The notes: generated by a model from the sequence alone, not told the origin. Counted from the stretch's first letter, positions 25,133 through 37,437 are shown. The stretch is 56,390 bases of DNA from Vicugna vicugna (GCA_013265495.1 MU057999.1:1054001-1110390); one strand, 5' to 3'. A program made the numbers and translations.

Positions 25133-25257
25133 CCCCTTCCACTGTTCCCATCATGCACCAGGTCAGCGCCACCATGAGGAGCATCACCTTGTCTTGGCCA
25201 CAGCCGGAACAGCCCAATGGCATCATCCTGGACTATGAGATCCGGTACTATGAGAAG
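25133..25257 (+). CDS. EPHB1: EPHB1 exon 6, first part of second FN3 domain
   Basis: Acceptor ctctccctctctccgcag|, donor |gtgagc; 125 bp. Translates (A)[41 protein letters not shown], in phase with the previous exon. This frame is not shown in the ORF track. Confidence 0.97.
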
Positions 25258-25789
25258 GTGAGCCAGCTCACTGGGCTGTCAGGGATGGGGAGGACCAAGC
25301 CCATTCTCCCAGCCATGTGCTTGCTACACTAATGCAGTGGCTACAAAAGCACCTGGTGTCCCCTGAACCTTCTGAAGAGTTTGTGGCTTTGTAAATTAGT
25401 GTTTTTTTTAGCATTTTTGATCATTTACCTCCAATGTAAGATTGTTTATTTACAAATTGTATGCAGGTACTACTGCACCGAGCCATGTATGGAGGTTTAA
25501 AATATTTAAATGGAAATGTAAAAGGATGAGATTGAAATCAATGGAAATGGAAATTTATATATTATATATTAACTTCATTGACTGTTCTTTCACAGCTGCT
25601 GCTGCGCATGACTACAGGGCATGTGCTCCAAAAAAGAGGAAATGGTGCCCTGTGGAGTTGACCCCTGGGCTAGCTGTGGGGGAAGCAAGGCCTTCCGTCC
25701 ACCATGATGACCTGTAGCTTTTGCAAAATCCCCAGAAAATATGGTACTTTCCCTACTGACCCAACACATAATTTGTACAAACACCAAAT

Positions 25790-26830
25790 TTATTTATGTA
25801 TTTGTTCAGGAAGTATTTATCGAGTGCCTGCTATATGGCGGGTACTATTCTAGGATAGATTAGTGATCAGAAGAAGGTTTCCTGCCCTCAAGAAGCTTAC
25901 TGTCCAATAGAAGGAGACACACAATGAACAATGAATGTGACAAATAAGGTAATTATATAGTGTGTTTGGAAAAGAGGAGTGGAAAGAGGGGGCAAAGTAG
26001 ATCAAGGTAAATGGGATCAGGAGGGTCAAGTTTGGAGGAGGAGTAGGTTGCAGAAATAAATACAAAAGTAAAAGTAGGCTTGTTGGAGGAGGTAAGTTCT
26101 AAGGAAAGACCTGAAGGAGGTACTGGTATTGTGAAGCAGGTATCTGGGGGAGAGAGAGCCTGTGCAAAGGCCCTGAGGCAGGATCATGATTGATGATTCA
26201 TGGAGCAAGAAGGAGAGCAGTATGACTAGAGTGATGCAAGCAGTAGGGAAAGAGTAGACAGGGGAGAGGCAGTCAGAGGAGGCATTCATATTGGGCCTTA
26301 AGAACTTGAGCTTTTCCACTGAGTGAGGTAGGGATCTCTAGTGGGGTTTGGAATAGAGGAGACACAAAATGACTTACATTTTAAAGGGATCATTCGGGCT
26401 TGCTTTTCCATGGAAAAGGGCTAGATCACAATCATCTAAGGCAAGGAGGATTGTGGCTTGAATCAGAGAGGAAGTAGAGGGCTGGTGAAACAGAGTTGAT
26501 TTGCAGGAATATATGCTGAAGACAGAGCCAACAGGATTTCCAACAGGTTGGATTTTGGATGCGGGAGGGTTTTGCCCTGAGTCAGTAGAAAGATGGAACC
26601 ACCGGTGACTGAGGAAGGGATCACTGTGGGCGGGGCATGTCTGGGGTGAGGGAAGTTGAGCTCAGTGTCTGACATGCCTTTGAGAGAGCTAAGTGGAGGC
26701 GTGGAGAAGGCGGCTGGATGTGCGTGTCTGGGGTTCAGGGGAGAGGACCTGGCTGGAGATGTCCATTTGGAAGTTGTCAGTATGTAGATGGTACAAAAGC
26801 CCTTAGATAGGCTGAGATCATCCAGTGGGG
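25790..26830 (-). mobile_element. L2 (L2a-like) 3' ~1 kb
   Basis: aagtatttatcgagtgcctgctat...cctgccctcaagaagctt...tgcaaaggccctgaggcagga...gagccaacaggattt...ggctggagatgtccatttgg. Confidence 0.75.
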
Positions 26831-28289
26831 CAGTGGTACTAAGAAAAGGATGGATCTGCTGCCTCCGATATGGAGGCCTTGTTAGACGGTGGAACTCGAC
26901 TGCACTGGGAGGCAGGAGCCCCAGTTCCCAGAGCCCTCTGTAACTGACAGCCACACAGCCGTGGCCCCATGACTGAACCGCTCTAGATCCATTTTCGCAT
27001 TTGTAAAATGATACCAATTTACCTCCCTGAAAGTGGAAGGCCAGATGGGTTGCAGTCTAGTCTGCGAAGAGGCATGCCCTCCCGCCATTACAGCCCAACT
27101 TGGCCAGCAAGGTGAGGGTTAGGCTGCTTTTGACTATTTAGAGGCTCCTGGGTTTTGTACACAGTTGATTCTGATAATTCAAGAAATTGGGGTAATTTAA
27201 ACTATCTGGATTCATAAGCCACCATTATATCCTTTCAGCTTTGAATTGGGGGCCCTTATTTGCTACTTCTTATCAGTTAATAAGGTGAATGTTGACATTC
27301 CAAAATGTTCGGAACCAGGCTCTTTAGCCAATTGACCACATGGCCTCCTATCACCGCCAAGTTAATCTAACAGTTCAATAGAATAGAATATCATGAGTGA
27401 CCAGTAAACAGGGTGATGTCAGAGTCACAGCAAGCTTCCACTCAGTCCGCCTTTCCGCACACACGTGAACTAGAGCCTTGTGGCTTATCTTGGGAAAATA
27501 GTAACAATTTCTCCCTAGGGTGCCTCCTTTGGGTGCTAGGGGCTTTCTAACCATTACCTCCTCTTCCCCTCACATCCCAGTTTGGTAAATACTAGTATTG
27601 CTGCTTTGGGGAAAGAAACTCATGCCCAAAGAAGTTAAAAAACTAACACAACCAACTTGGCCAGATCGCACAGCTAGCAAAGGATCTACAGCCTGGGTTC
27701 TTTGCGCTGCAGCCCGTGGCAGTGCTGGGAAGGGGCTGGATGTGTGGAAACCACTTGCCTTCCTCCTCATCTGTAGAGCCAAGGGCAGTCACCCCAGGGT
27801 GGAGCTGAAGAGCTTAATGACAGCGGGGTTGGGGATGGGGCGGGCTCAGAACCAAAACCATGGCTCCCCATTCCCTGATCCATGCGCAACTCCTCCACGG
27901 CCTTTCCCTGTCCGTGCAGGTCTCCTCCCTGGAAAAACTGTAGTTAATCTCAACACCTGATGCTGTGAAGGAGGGTCATCCTCCCATTTCAGGCCCTGTC
28001 CCTACCTCCCGGTAATGTATACTAATTATTAACAGAACACATGCACAGCAGCTCAGTGCCTGAGGGGGCTTCCACACCTCAGTGAAGCATACTGTTGTCC
28101 CAGAGGGTAGACTGCTTTCCTCAGAAACGCAGAAAGTCCTCTGCCCAAGCATTGGTTACCATTCCATATATTATGATAGATCCCTCACTTATAAAGTGCT
28201 TAACTATGAAGTCGGCTACGTTGCCTTGACCATTTCCAATATGTCTAAAGAAAAGACAGGACCTTGTGAGGGTATTTTGAAATAATGAC

Positions 28290-28495
28290 CACAATGATAA
28301 TAGTTCATCATATATTGAGGACCTATTATATGCCAGATACTCACAGATAGATGACTTCTGATCCTCAAAAGAAATAAAGATACTTGAAAGCCAGATATAA
28401 CCAATTTCTGGCCGATGGAAATAAGTCACAGAAAGGTTAAATGGCTTACCCGTGACTGCACAGGTCATAGCTAGGGAACCACAGAACCAGAACTA
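28290..28495 (-). mobile_element. MIR fragment
   Basis: atattgaggacctattatatgccagatac...gatggaaataagtcacagaaaggttaaatggcttaccc...cacaggtcatagctag. Confidence 0.55.
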
Positions 28496-28771
28496 TAAAT
28501 AGTTTTATTGTGTTTCAGCATATTTCTGAGCTCACTGTAGGACTAGATGCAACCGTGTTGACACTGAGGACCTCAGAATTAGCATGGCCCCTGAAATAAG
28601 AGATTGTGTCTTAATTTTAAATCCAAGTGTTTGCAACCAGAATGATTCCCCTACCTGCTCCACAAGGTCATGGAATCCTGGGCTTTAGAAGATGCCACCA
28701 CGAACAGAACTCAGCCCGGCTGATGTCTGGAATTCAGTCCAAAGGAACAAAATCCATCATTCCATAGGATG

Positions 28772-28980
28772 GAGGAGCCGCAAACTTCTTCCGTGAGGAG
28801 CAGGCTGTGAATATTTCAGGCTCGTGGGTCATAGAGTCCTCATCCCAACTACTAACTCTGCCTCTGTAGCAGGAAAGCAGCCGTGGGCAGCATGTCCCTA
28901 GATGGACGTGGCGGGGATCCAATAAAAGTTTATTTACGAAAGCAGCTAGCTGGCCAGTGGCTGTAGTTTGCCAAGCCCTG
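28772..28980. mobile_element. MER58A-like hAT MITE
   Basis: gcaaacttcttcc...aatatttcaggct...caactactaactctgcc...aaagcagcc...ccaataaaagtttatttac...gctgtagtttgccaagccctg. Confidence 0.75.
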
Positions 28981-31900
28981 AAAACCCTCCCTGGGTCTTC
29001 CGCCCCATATTACCCTCTCGGTTTGTGCTTGGGACACCTTTCAATTCCAGCGCCCTGAATACAGTCAATGAGGTTTTTGCCTCCTGCAACAGCTCATTAA
29101 TAGAGAGCTCAGATGCCATCGAGCTGATGACACTCCCAGAGCCTCTCCCGTGTTCATCTCCATCCCCATTTTAATACATTTCCATTCATCATCCTCTCCT
29201 GTTTACTGTCTTGTAGCACTTTTCACTCCTGGCGTCAGCGCTTGTAGGCAAATCAGGGGAGGAGCATCGACATCTGCGCTCGGCTGTCTTAATGATTAAG
29301 CGTTTAGCCGAGGACTCACCCTCCATAATAACTGTCTAGGCTCGAACGGGCTGGTTGAGACCTTGGGAATTTCTGCCCTTCCAATTTAGGATGATTTTCT
29401 CATAGAAACCCTTTCAGACCTTGGCAATATTTTGTGCTCAGTCGATCGGTTCAAACAACTGGTCCGAAGTGTGCTGTTTATTCATTCATTTAGCACTGAG
29501 GAGTTGGGCACCTGGGCAGGGGGAGCCTTGTGCTAGGTTGGGGATGGAGGGAGGAAGAAGGCGTGGTCTCTGCCCTAGACAGATGCAGCCTCTGTCTCCC
29601 AGATGCTTATAAAAATCTGTCATAAGCAACAAGACAAAAAGCAACCCTGCTCTTTGCTCTCCCTTATTTGTCTGTGATTGACTAATGGTTTTGAGAGGGA
29701 AAAGGACAGATACTCATTTTAATCACTGAACTTCTTGAAGAATGCATGGACTATAAAGGGTTGATGGGTTCATGTTTGGTCCTCATGATCCAAATGCGAA
29801 TATACCCACACACATTTTTCAGTAAAAGGAGCTGCCCAGCCAGTGCCTCACGTATTTCAATCAGTGCATCCTTGCATCCGATTCCCATAAAGCCATGGAA
29901 TTCAGGCAGACACCTGGATTTTGTAGCAATGGGATTTTGTCCTAATTCGTCAGGTGGATGACGATTTTCATAGCTTCAGATCTCCAGTGTGTCAAGACAG
30001 TAATGACCGAAGCTCTAGGTGGCACCTCTCCTAGGGTGGACGCCCTTCTTTCTGCTGAATCCCTGATTGGTGGTGATGGGGGTGGCATTGGTGTTGGTAT
30101 AAACTCACTTTTTTAAATAGATCAGATAGAGGGTGGGGAGTCCCCTCCTAGAGGCCAATGGATATTGCTTCCCTTAGGAGCGCAGGCCTCTCTGTAACTT
30201 TCAGCTGTCTATTTTAGCTGGCCTCTGGCCTGTGGTCCCTTACAACTGCTTCCAAGTCACTCACCACCAGCCCCTGTGCCACCTACACTCCAGAGATGCC
30301 CTGTTTCTTGCAGGTTCCTGAACTTCTGCAGGCCTTGCCTTTGCATGTCTTAATCTGTTCTCAGGGGATATTCAGTTCAGCTCTCACTCTCCTCGTTCAT
30401 CCATGGGGCTAATTTCTTTCATCTTCCCTGACTCACTCATGCCCCCCTTTCTGTGAGCCCCACCCGACCTCCTTATCAGTCTGGGCTGGGGGACCCTCTG
30501 CCGCTCCCCCTCTGCCAGGTCACTCAGTTGGCACTGCTGTCATCCTCTGCTTATTTTCGGCCCCACCCCACAAGGTATTGGGGACCCAAGGGGAGAGACC
30601 ATGACTTGGGACCTGCAGCCCTTGTATAGTGCCCAACACATGGTAGTGTGACATCAGCTGACCACCTGGCCAAATGAGTGAATGATCACACATCATGTCA
30701 TCCATCGTAGCCTTTGTAAAGTAGACTTTTACCTATTTTAAGACAACAGTAATTTCTTACCATTGTGCTGTATTCTTTTGTCCTGGTTCAGCTTCACACA
30801 TTTCTTCTGTGGTCTGACTAAGGACATGGCTTACAGATGGCTTACTAAGGGTATGGCTTCTCATCATTAACCTTCCCCTCATGTGTCACATGTCTCCTGG
30901 GCTGTTGTGCCTGAACTTGTCACAGTACCCTAGATCAGCACATAGGACTCTGGGCCTCCTTCCTGGTGACCCAAGGTCTTCTTTTTCACTAAGGTCACCA
31001 TTTTGCTCTAAGATTCATGGTGGAAACAGGGGCAGACCCAGATTCTAAACTTTGTTGCTGCACACTGCGGGGTGAGCCACCATCTCCAAGATGCTCGCGT
31101 GGAAATGATCAGAGGCGGGGTGGTGTGTACGAAGGTGCTGAGGGTGGGACGTCAGACGAGCGTCCGTGGGCTGGAGTAGTGAGGGGTGCTTTCCTAGAAG
31201 AAGCGGCTTGACGGGGAGAGGCTTATGGCACCTGGAGAACGCAGGGGAGGCCTGGAGAGAGGCATTTCGGCCTGGGAAAGCAGTCCAGGCAGAGGCCTGG
31301 TGGTCAGGGCTGTGGCACCTGGGGGGACGGCAAGGTGGCAGTTTTGGGGCATGTGAGAGCCTGCAGTTGACTTTGTTATGAAAGGCCCGAGGACCGAGAT
31401 TGAGGAGTTTTGTCTTTATCTGATAATAGTTTTAGGGAGTCAGAGATCTTTTTTACAAGAGAAGTTTGGATTTGGTAGGGAGGGAGTGGCAGAAAAGATG
31501 GGAGGCTACCAAAATCCAGGTACAAACCACATGTTGGGTAAGATCAGCAGAAAGAGAGGAAGTAGGGACACTTTAAGGACCTCACATTGTTGGGGAGAGT
31601 CAGAGGGATGAGATACGCAGGCCGCGTCTATGCACACCCGACAACACGTGTGCGGGTCACAGGGACAGTAGAGGGCAGGGCAGGTGCTGAAGAGAGTGAC
31701 ACACAGGAGTGGGGGCTGGCCCCCTGAATAGTGGGACGGGTGAGGACACAGGCCCTGCTCTCCAGGAAGGAGGGGCATGCCCTCCCTAGATGCTGGTGGA
31801 GAGCAACTCGGAAGATGAGGACCCAGACACACACATGCCGAGGTGACAGCAGAAGCAGGGGTGCGAGGCAGTCCAGAATGGCCTCAAGCTCTTAGACAAA

Positions 31901-32340
31901 ATCATTTGTCTGAAGACTTGAGGGCCCTTAAGGAGTGATCTAGAACAACCATTGCGAGAAGTGACCAGGAAGGTCTTGAGTGAGGAGACAGAAGCGAGAC
32001 AGAGAGAGGTGGGCAGGGTGCCAGCGTGGCCCAGTGTGCTTCCGCTGAGGTCAAAGACGGATGTGCTTTGCTATTCTGCCTCTGAACCCTGGAGGGGGAA
32101 GGAGTGAAAAATGACTATGTGTCCCCCTGCCAGGCCGTGAGAGTCAGCCGCTCGCTCAGATCCCCCTCTTTAGAGCATCCCCACCCCGTGGTCCAGAGCT
32201 GGTTTGTCCAAGCCAGTCTGTCCCTATTTTGAGGGACGCCCTGGGGCTGGGGACAACTAGCAGATCTGCAGGACCAAAAGGTGAGGGAGCCCGTGTGCTC
32301 AGGAGCAGGCTGCTGACCTCGGCCCTTTGTTCTTTTGCAG

Positions 32341-32503
32341 GAACACAATGAATTCAACTCCTCCACGTCGCGGAGCCAGACCAACACTGCGCGGATCGAC
32401 GGGCTGCGGCCAGGCATCGTGTACGTGGTGCAGGTGCGCGCCCGCACTGTGGCCGGCTACGGCAAGTTCAGCGGCAAGATGTGCTTCCAGACTCTGACAG
32501 ACG
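32341..32503 (+). CDS. EPHB1: EPHB1 exon 7, remainder of second FN3 domain
   Basis: Acceptor ctttgttcttttgcag|, donor |gtaagg; 163 bp. Translates EHNEFNSSTSRSQTNTARIDGLRPGIVYVVQVRARTVAGYGKFSGKMCFQTLTD. Confidence 0.97.
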
Positions 32504-32726
32504 GTAAGGGGCCAGGACCTGGGATGCCCGGTGACCTGGGCATGGGGCAAACAGTCAGGGAGGAGAAGCAGCACCGAAGAGGTTGTGCTCACAGCGAAAA
32601 TGCTGGCCTCTAACTAGATTCCTGTGGAATTCTCTCAGAAGGGTTCATCCCCAATAGGGCCCTGTAGATTTGCTTAACTCACTGGGCTAGACATCTGTCT
32701 GAAGTCTGGCCTGTTTCTCAACATCT

Positions 32727-32857
32727 TTTTTGGGGGGCGGTAATTAGATCTATTTATTTATTATTAAGTTTTTATTATTCTAATGGAGGTACTGGGGATT
32801 GAACCCAGACCTTGTGCATGTTAAGCACGTGCTCTACCACTGAGCTATACCCTCCCC
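32727..32857 (-). mobile_element. Vic-1-like SINE with perfect 13-bp TSD
   Basis: TSD tttctcaacatct at 32714-32726 and 32863-32875; typical head and tail. Confidence 0.93.
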
Positions 32858-33647
32858 TACCATTTCTCAACATCTCATGGGGTCGCTGGAAAGACTGTCT
32901 GCAACACACGCGCGCAGAGAGGTCCCCACGTGTGGACCTGCGTTCGCACAGCAGTGAGACCTACACGTAACTGAAGAATATGCCTCTATTGGTACCTCTG
33001 TGGTTTCACCCTCACTCCCACTTAACGTCTCTGCTCTCAGGGCTGGGAGCTGAGCGCACAGCCTCACTGCATGAGCCAAGGGTGCCAGGAAGAAAGCAGA
33101 GAGACACAATTTGGGGAGTGGCCGTCTCACGCATCTCAGAATATTTAAAGCAGCTTCATGGGATGATCCCCAGAAGGCCCTGCTTCATTGTTGCCAGAGA
33201 GAATGGCCACTGTTTTCCAAACAATCCCCAAGGCCAGGCAGTCTGTCACCAAAAATGCTTCCACCTTTGGGGTTTATTAGTTTCCTGTTATAACAATCCC
33301 CCCAGTCCTCTGAGACCACCCCCTTTAGTTGTTATGAAAATCCGACTTCCCTCAGCATTGCGTATGGGTGTCTGTCTCTGTTAGCCACTGACCTCAGAGT
33401 GTATGTTCATTTATCTATCTACTATCTATTTACCTGCTTCTCCATATTGATTTCTTCATTGATGACTTATTTCTGATCACTTCCCAAATGTCAGTCTGTT
33501 CCCAGCTTCCCAATTGAAAGCCTTTAGTTTTTCCTTTACTACTTAAATCATATAGAAAACCAGCTGCCTTTATAAAACATCTTATTTTATGCCAGTGCGC
33601 TCCGGTGTAACTTGATAGGGCTGGAGGTTTTATATTGATTCATATTT

Positions 33648-33894
33648 TATATACATATGTATATATAATTGAAATATAGTCAGTTTACAATGTCATGTCA
33701 ATTTCTGGTGTACAGCATGATGGTTCAGTCATCCATATACGTACATATATTTGTTTTCTTACTCTTTTTCATTATAGGTTACTACAAGATATTGAATAGA
33801 GTTCCCTGTGCTGTACAGCAGAAACTTGTCATTTATTTATTTTACATATAGTTGTTAGTATCTGCAAATCTCAAAGTCCCAATTTATCCCTTCC
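33648..33894 (-). mobile_element. 5'-truncated L1 3' UTR
   Basis: tgaaatatagtcagtttacaatg...tctggtgtacagc...gttccctgtgctgtacagc; TSD tgattcatattt (33636-33647) / tgactcatattt (33895-33906). Confidence 0.85.
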
Positions 33895-35202
33895 TGACTC
33901 ATATTTGAACAATTTAAAAATTCACCAGGAAGATTGGAAAATCAGATGATTTCATGTCAAAATTGTGATATCCATTTCGTTGTGAAAAATTGTAAGAGGA
34001 GCCAGGGCTGTTGGGCCTTCTGGTGTGAGGACTGGGCCCTGAGCTGGGGGCTTGCTGCCCTGTGCAGGGCTTACCCAGGGGTCTGAGCCTGGATGCTTTG
34101 ATGTGAGCTGTCTGGCCTCTAGAATTAGAGTTTGCAACTGGTGCTGAGTTTACTTAGGGGTGGTTTTGCTCGTATTTTGAGGCGGTGAGCTAGGGTAGAA
34201 AGGTGAACCAGTTGACTCAGATTAATAAGGCAGCTGGTAGGAAGCGAACGCAGGCTGTCTTCTGTTCCGTAAAGACTCTGTCACCCTCTTAGCACCTCAC
34301 TTACCTTCTAGATTTATGGGCACTTTGACATCAGGAAACACACAGGATTAAAAGCCCAAAACTCTACATGCTCTGAGCACTGGTCTCTTGGCAATTCTGC
34401 TAGACAAATCAAGAAGTAACAAATTTCTCCCAAGAAGGCTATTCCTTTTACATTTGGCAGTAAAGTTTTGTAAACCCAAGGGGGGCCGGATGTGAGAGTT
34501 CTGGGAAGTGGCCAAAGTCTAGAGTGTTTGTCTTCATGAGTGAGGTTCACACATCAGTAGTAATTATATTCACCGAGGCTTCTGGTCTCTCTGCAGCACA
34601 AAGGTGAGTCTGAAGGTTGGTCAGTGTTAGGGTCACTGGGGTGGGGGGACCTGTGGCTCCCACCCAGGGTCAGTGACCACGCTTTGGGCAGGTGACCTCC
34701 ACACGGGCCAGAGCCGCTGTGGTCCCTGGGCTACTCTCAGCTACAGCCTGCTTACCTTTGACTTGGCCGCCTAATTTTTTTTAAGCTATTTATACAGCAG
34801 GGCTTACCAAAGGTTTACCAAGGTTTACCATGTTTCCTAAGCACTCCAGGTGATTCTTATGCGTCCCAATGGTGGAGAACCATCCTTCAACTCTATGGGT
34901 GGAGAAGGAGACTTCTAAACTCAACGATGTTGGTTCTCGAAGCCTCTGGCTCTTTAAAAATCAATTTGAAAGCCTGAAGGTCACATGGCTTAGGAAGTTT
35001 TTAATCTATTTGGACTCCTCACTTCCGTTTCTTTTTTTTCTCTTCCAAATTAATTTTTTAAACACACATGTTACAAAAAGCTCTCAGCAGAGGGAAACTG
35101 AAACTCTACCTTCAGTCTTTAAAATTGATTTCTAGAGACTGGGAGGCTTGAAGAACAACATCCTTGTCTTTAGAAGTCTCGTCCTCCACCCACAGCGTTG
35201 AA

Positions 35203-35362
35203 GCACGGTTCCCAAACACTGGGGCGTGTAAGAACCACCCGGAGTGCTTGGTAAACACACGGAGGTTCTAGATTCAGCAGATTTGAGCAGGAATGGGTCC
35301 TACAGTCAGGCTCAGATGAGTCTGATACCGGGCACAGGGAGCCTCACTTCTAGAGGAACTGT
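35203..35362. mobile_element. MER5-like MITE
   Basis: cggttcccaaac...aagaaccacccggagtgcttggtaaa...gattcagcag. Confidence 0.5.
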
Positions 35363-35365
35363 CAT

Positions 35366-35495
35366 GAGGTCGGCCAGATAAAATACAGGATGGCCAGTTA
35401 AATGTGAATTTCAGGTAAACAGCAAATACTGCTTTAGTGTAAGTATCCCAGATACTTCTATTCTGTATTTTTCTTTGCTATATCTGGCAACCCTA
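35366..35495. mobile_element. MER53-like MITE, internally deleted
   Basis: gccagataaaatacaggatggccagttaaatgtgaatttcag...ctgtatttt...atctggcaacccta. Confidence 0.75.
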
Positions 35496-36442
35496 CTTGT
35501 AACAGAACATACATAGCTTGGCTTGCATACATCCCAGTCCTGAACATTAGATACTGACTCCTTGACACCCAGGGTGTGAATGACCACAAGGATACTAACA
35601 GGCCACTGGGCGGAGTGGTTTATGTAGATTAAGGGAGAGAATTAGTATTCGGGGCATCTGTGGTAGGTCAGACACTGTGAAATAGGTGTCACAAGATTTG
35701 ATTAAAACATGTATTTTACAGAGAAGGAGTCTGAGAGTCAGAGGGACTGAATGCTTTGTCCAAGATCACAGGCTTCCCCGCGGGGAAAGCCAGGGTTTGG
35801 GTGAGCTCTGTCCGTCTCTGTGACCCATGGGCACCCACGCCCCTGTGTAATACAGCCTGGTTCCAACACTGGAGAAAAGCCTGGATCCTATTCTTCTAGA
35901 GTCTGAGGTGGAGACCACGGGGCCGTCTCTGGGTGTTCCTTCCCCCTCCGCAGCTCCTGGTGCAGTGCTGGCTGGCCGCAGATGCTCTCTCAGGGTCTGC
36001 TCGGTGACTCTGTTTACTCCAGTGCATGTCAGCAACGTTGGGTTTGAGAAGATCCTTCAGCAGGGGTTTCCTTCTCCGCCATTAGACGTGTCCTTAGCAT
36101 GGCTCAAACCTTTGAGAGGCCTTCTGAATCAGGGCGTGGAGACCTGGGTCACCTCTGCTCTGGGACAAACGTCATCAGCTCCTTGTCCTGAGATCTTCTG
36201 TAATTGCTGTTTTGCTTTTAGTGTTGTCATTGTCATTTGGTTTTTTGTTTTCTTTGTTTGTGACTTAATGATGTATCCTTTGTTTGGGTCAGTCTTACTC
36301 TGAAGCGCAGAAACTCCCTAACTATCTATTTCTCTGGCCATCCGTCTGTCTATGTATCTGATGTGTTTGGTGTCATCACTGAGTACCAGCCCTATGCACA
36401 GGGCATACAGAAAGGTTCTAATGCCTATTTTTTCTCACCTAG

Positions 36443-36551
36443 ACGATTACAAGTCTGAGCTGCGGGAGCAGCTGCCCCTGATCGCTGGCTCGGCGGCAGC
36501 TGGGGTGGTGTTCGTGGTGTCCTTGGTGGCCATCTCCATCGTCTGTAGCAG
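36443..36551 (+). CDS. EPHB1: EPHB1 exon 8, transmembrane helix
   Basis: Acceptor ttttttctcacctag|, donor |gtagga; 109 bp. Translates (D)DYKSELREQLPLIAGSAAAGVVFVVSLVAISIVCS(R). Confidence 0.97.
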
Positions 36552-37437
36552 GTAGGACCTCCACCCCAGCTCCTGCCTGCTCTCCTCAGACCCAGGAAGC
36601 CCCCACTTGTGGGCCCTTCCCCGGTCATGCAGACAAGACAGGGCCTGACCATTCAGGGACACACCTGATGGTGTCATCAAAATCACCCCAATCATCACCC
36701 CCATCTCCATCCACAGGCAGCCTAGAATTCTCCAGATTGTTTATTTTCTCTGTGCCTGGGATAAAATCCTCTGTAAGAGCCAGGCAAAGCTCTGAGTAAA
36801 CAGCATTTGTCCTCAAACCTCATTTTAGCCAAGACGTTTAGCCCCCGCTCACACAGGGCGGTTTTTTTGGAGTGACAGTTATAAAATTGCGTTTGACCCA
36901 TTGGAGTATCACGCCCTGTGCCGTAGCCCGTCCTCTGGCTGGAGAGACAGGACCTTCGGCACAGGGAAAGTGGCAGGTGGGCAGGAGTGGAGCTGAGGAG
37001 GAAAAGACAAGCTGCAAGTTCTGCAGCAGGGCCGGTGCAAAGGCCTTGTGAATTTTTAATACTGTTGCTGCCGCCTTGGGCAGTTAGCACGGATTCTGCT
37101 GCGCACAGCCCTGTAGCCGGCCCTGCAGCTCCGCAGTGCGGCCAGAGTGCTGGTAGGCGTCCTCCGGAGCCTCTGCACCAGGCGCTGGTGGAGAACCCCC
37201 AGCCCTGCCGGCCTCTGAAAGACCTTGACTTGAAAGCAGACCTAGCTGCCCACGGTGGTGGTCGAGCCAGAACGCCGGCCACAACAGGAGCTTCACTTAA
37301 AGTGAGGGTTGCAGTTCCCAATGCTAAGAGATGTCCGGCTGAGCCCCTGTCAGGACTGGAGGCCCGGGTGGAGGTCCCGGGCGCAGAGTGGTGGGGTGCA
37401 CCCCGGCTGAGAGAGCTTCTGCCCCTTGTATCCACAG

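Noticed and set aside
34804..34830. ttaccaaaggtttaccaaggtttacca short direct repeats, possible array
   Set aside because: Only three 10-11 bp slippage units with no spacers; not CRISPR-like, and the DNA is mammalian.
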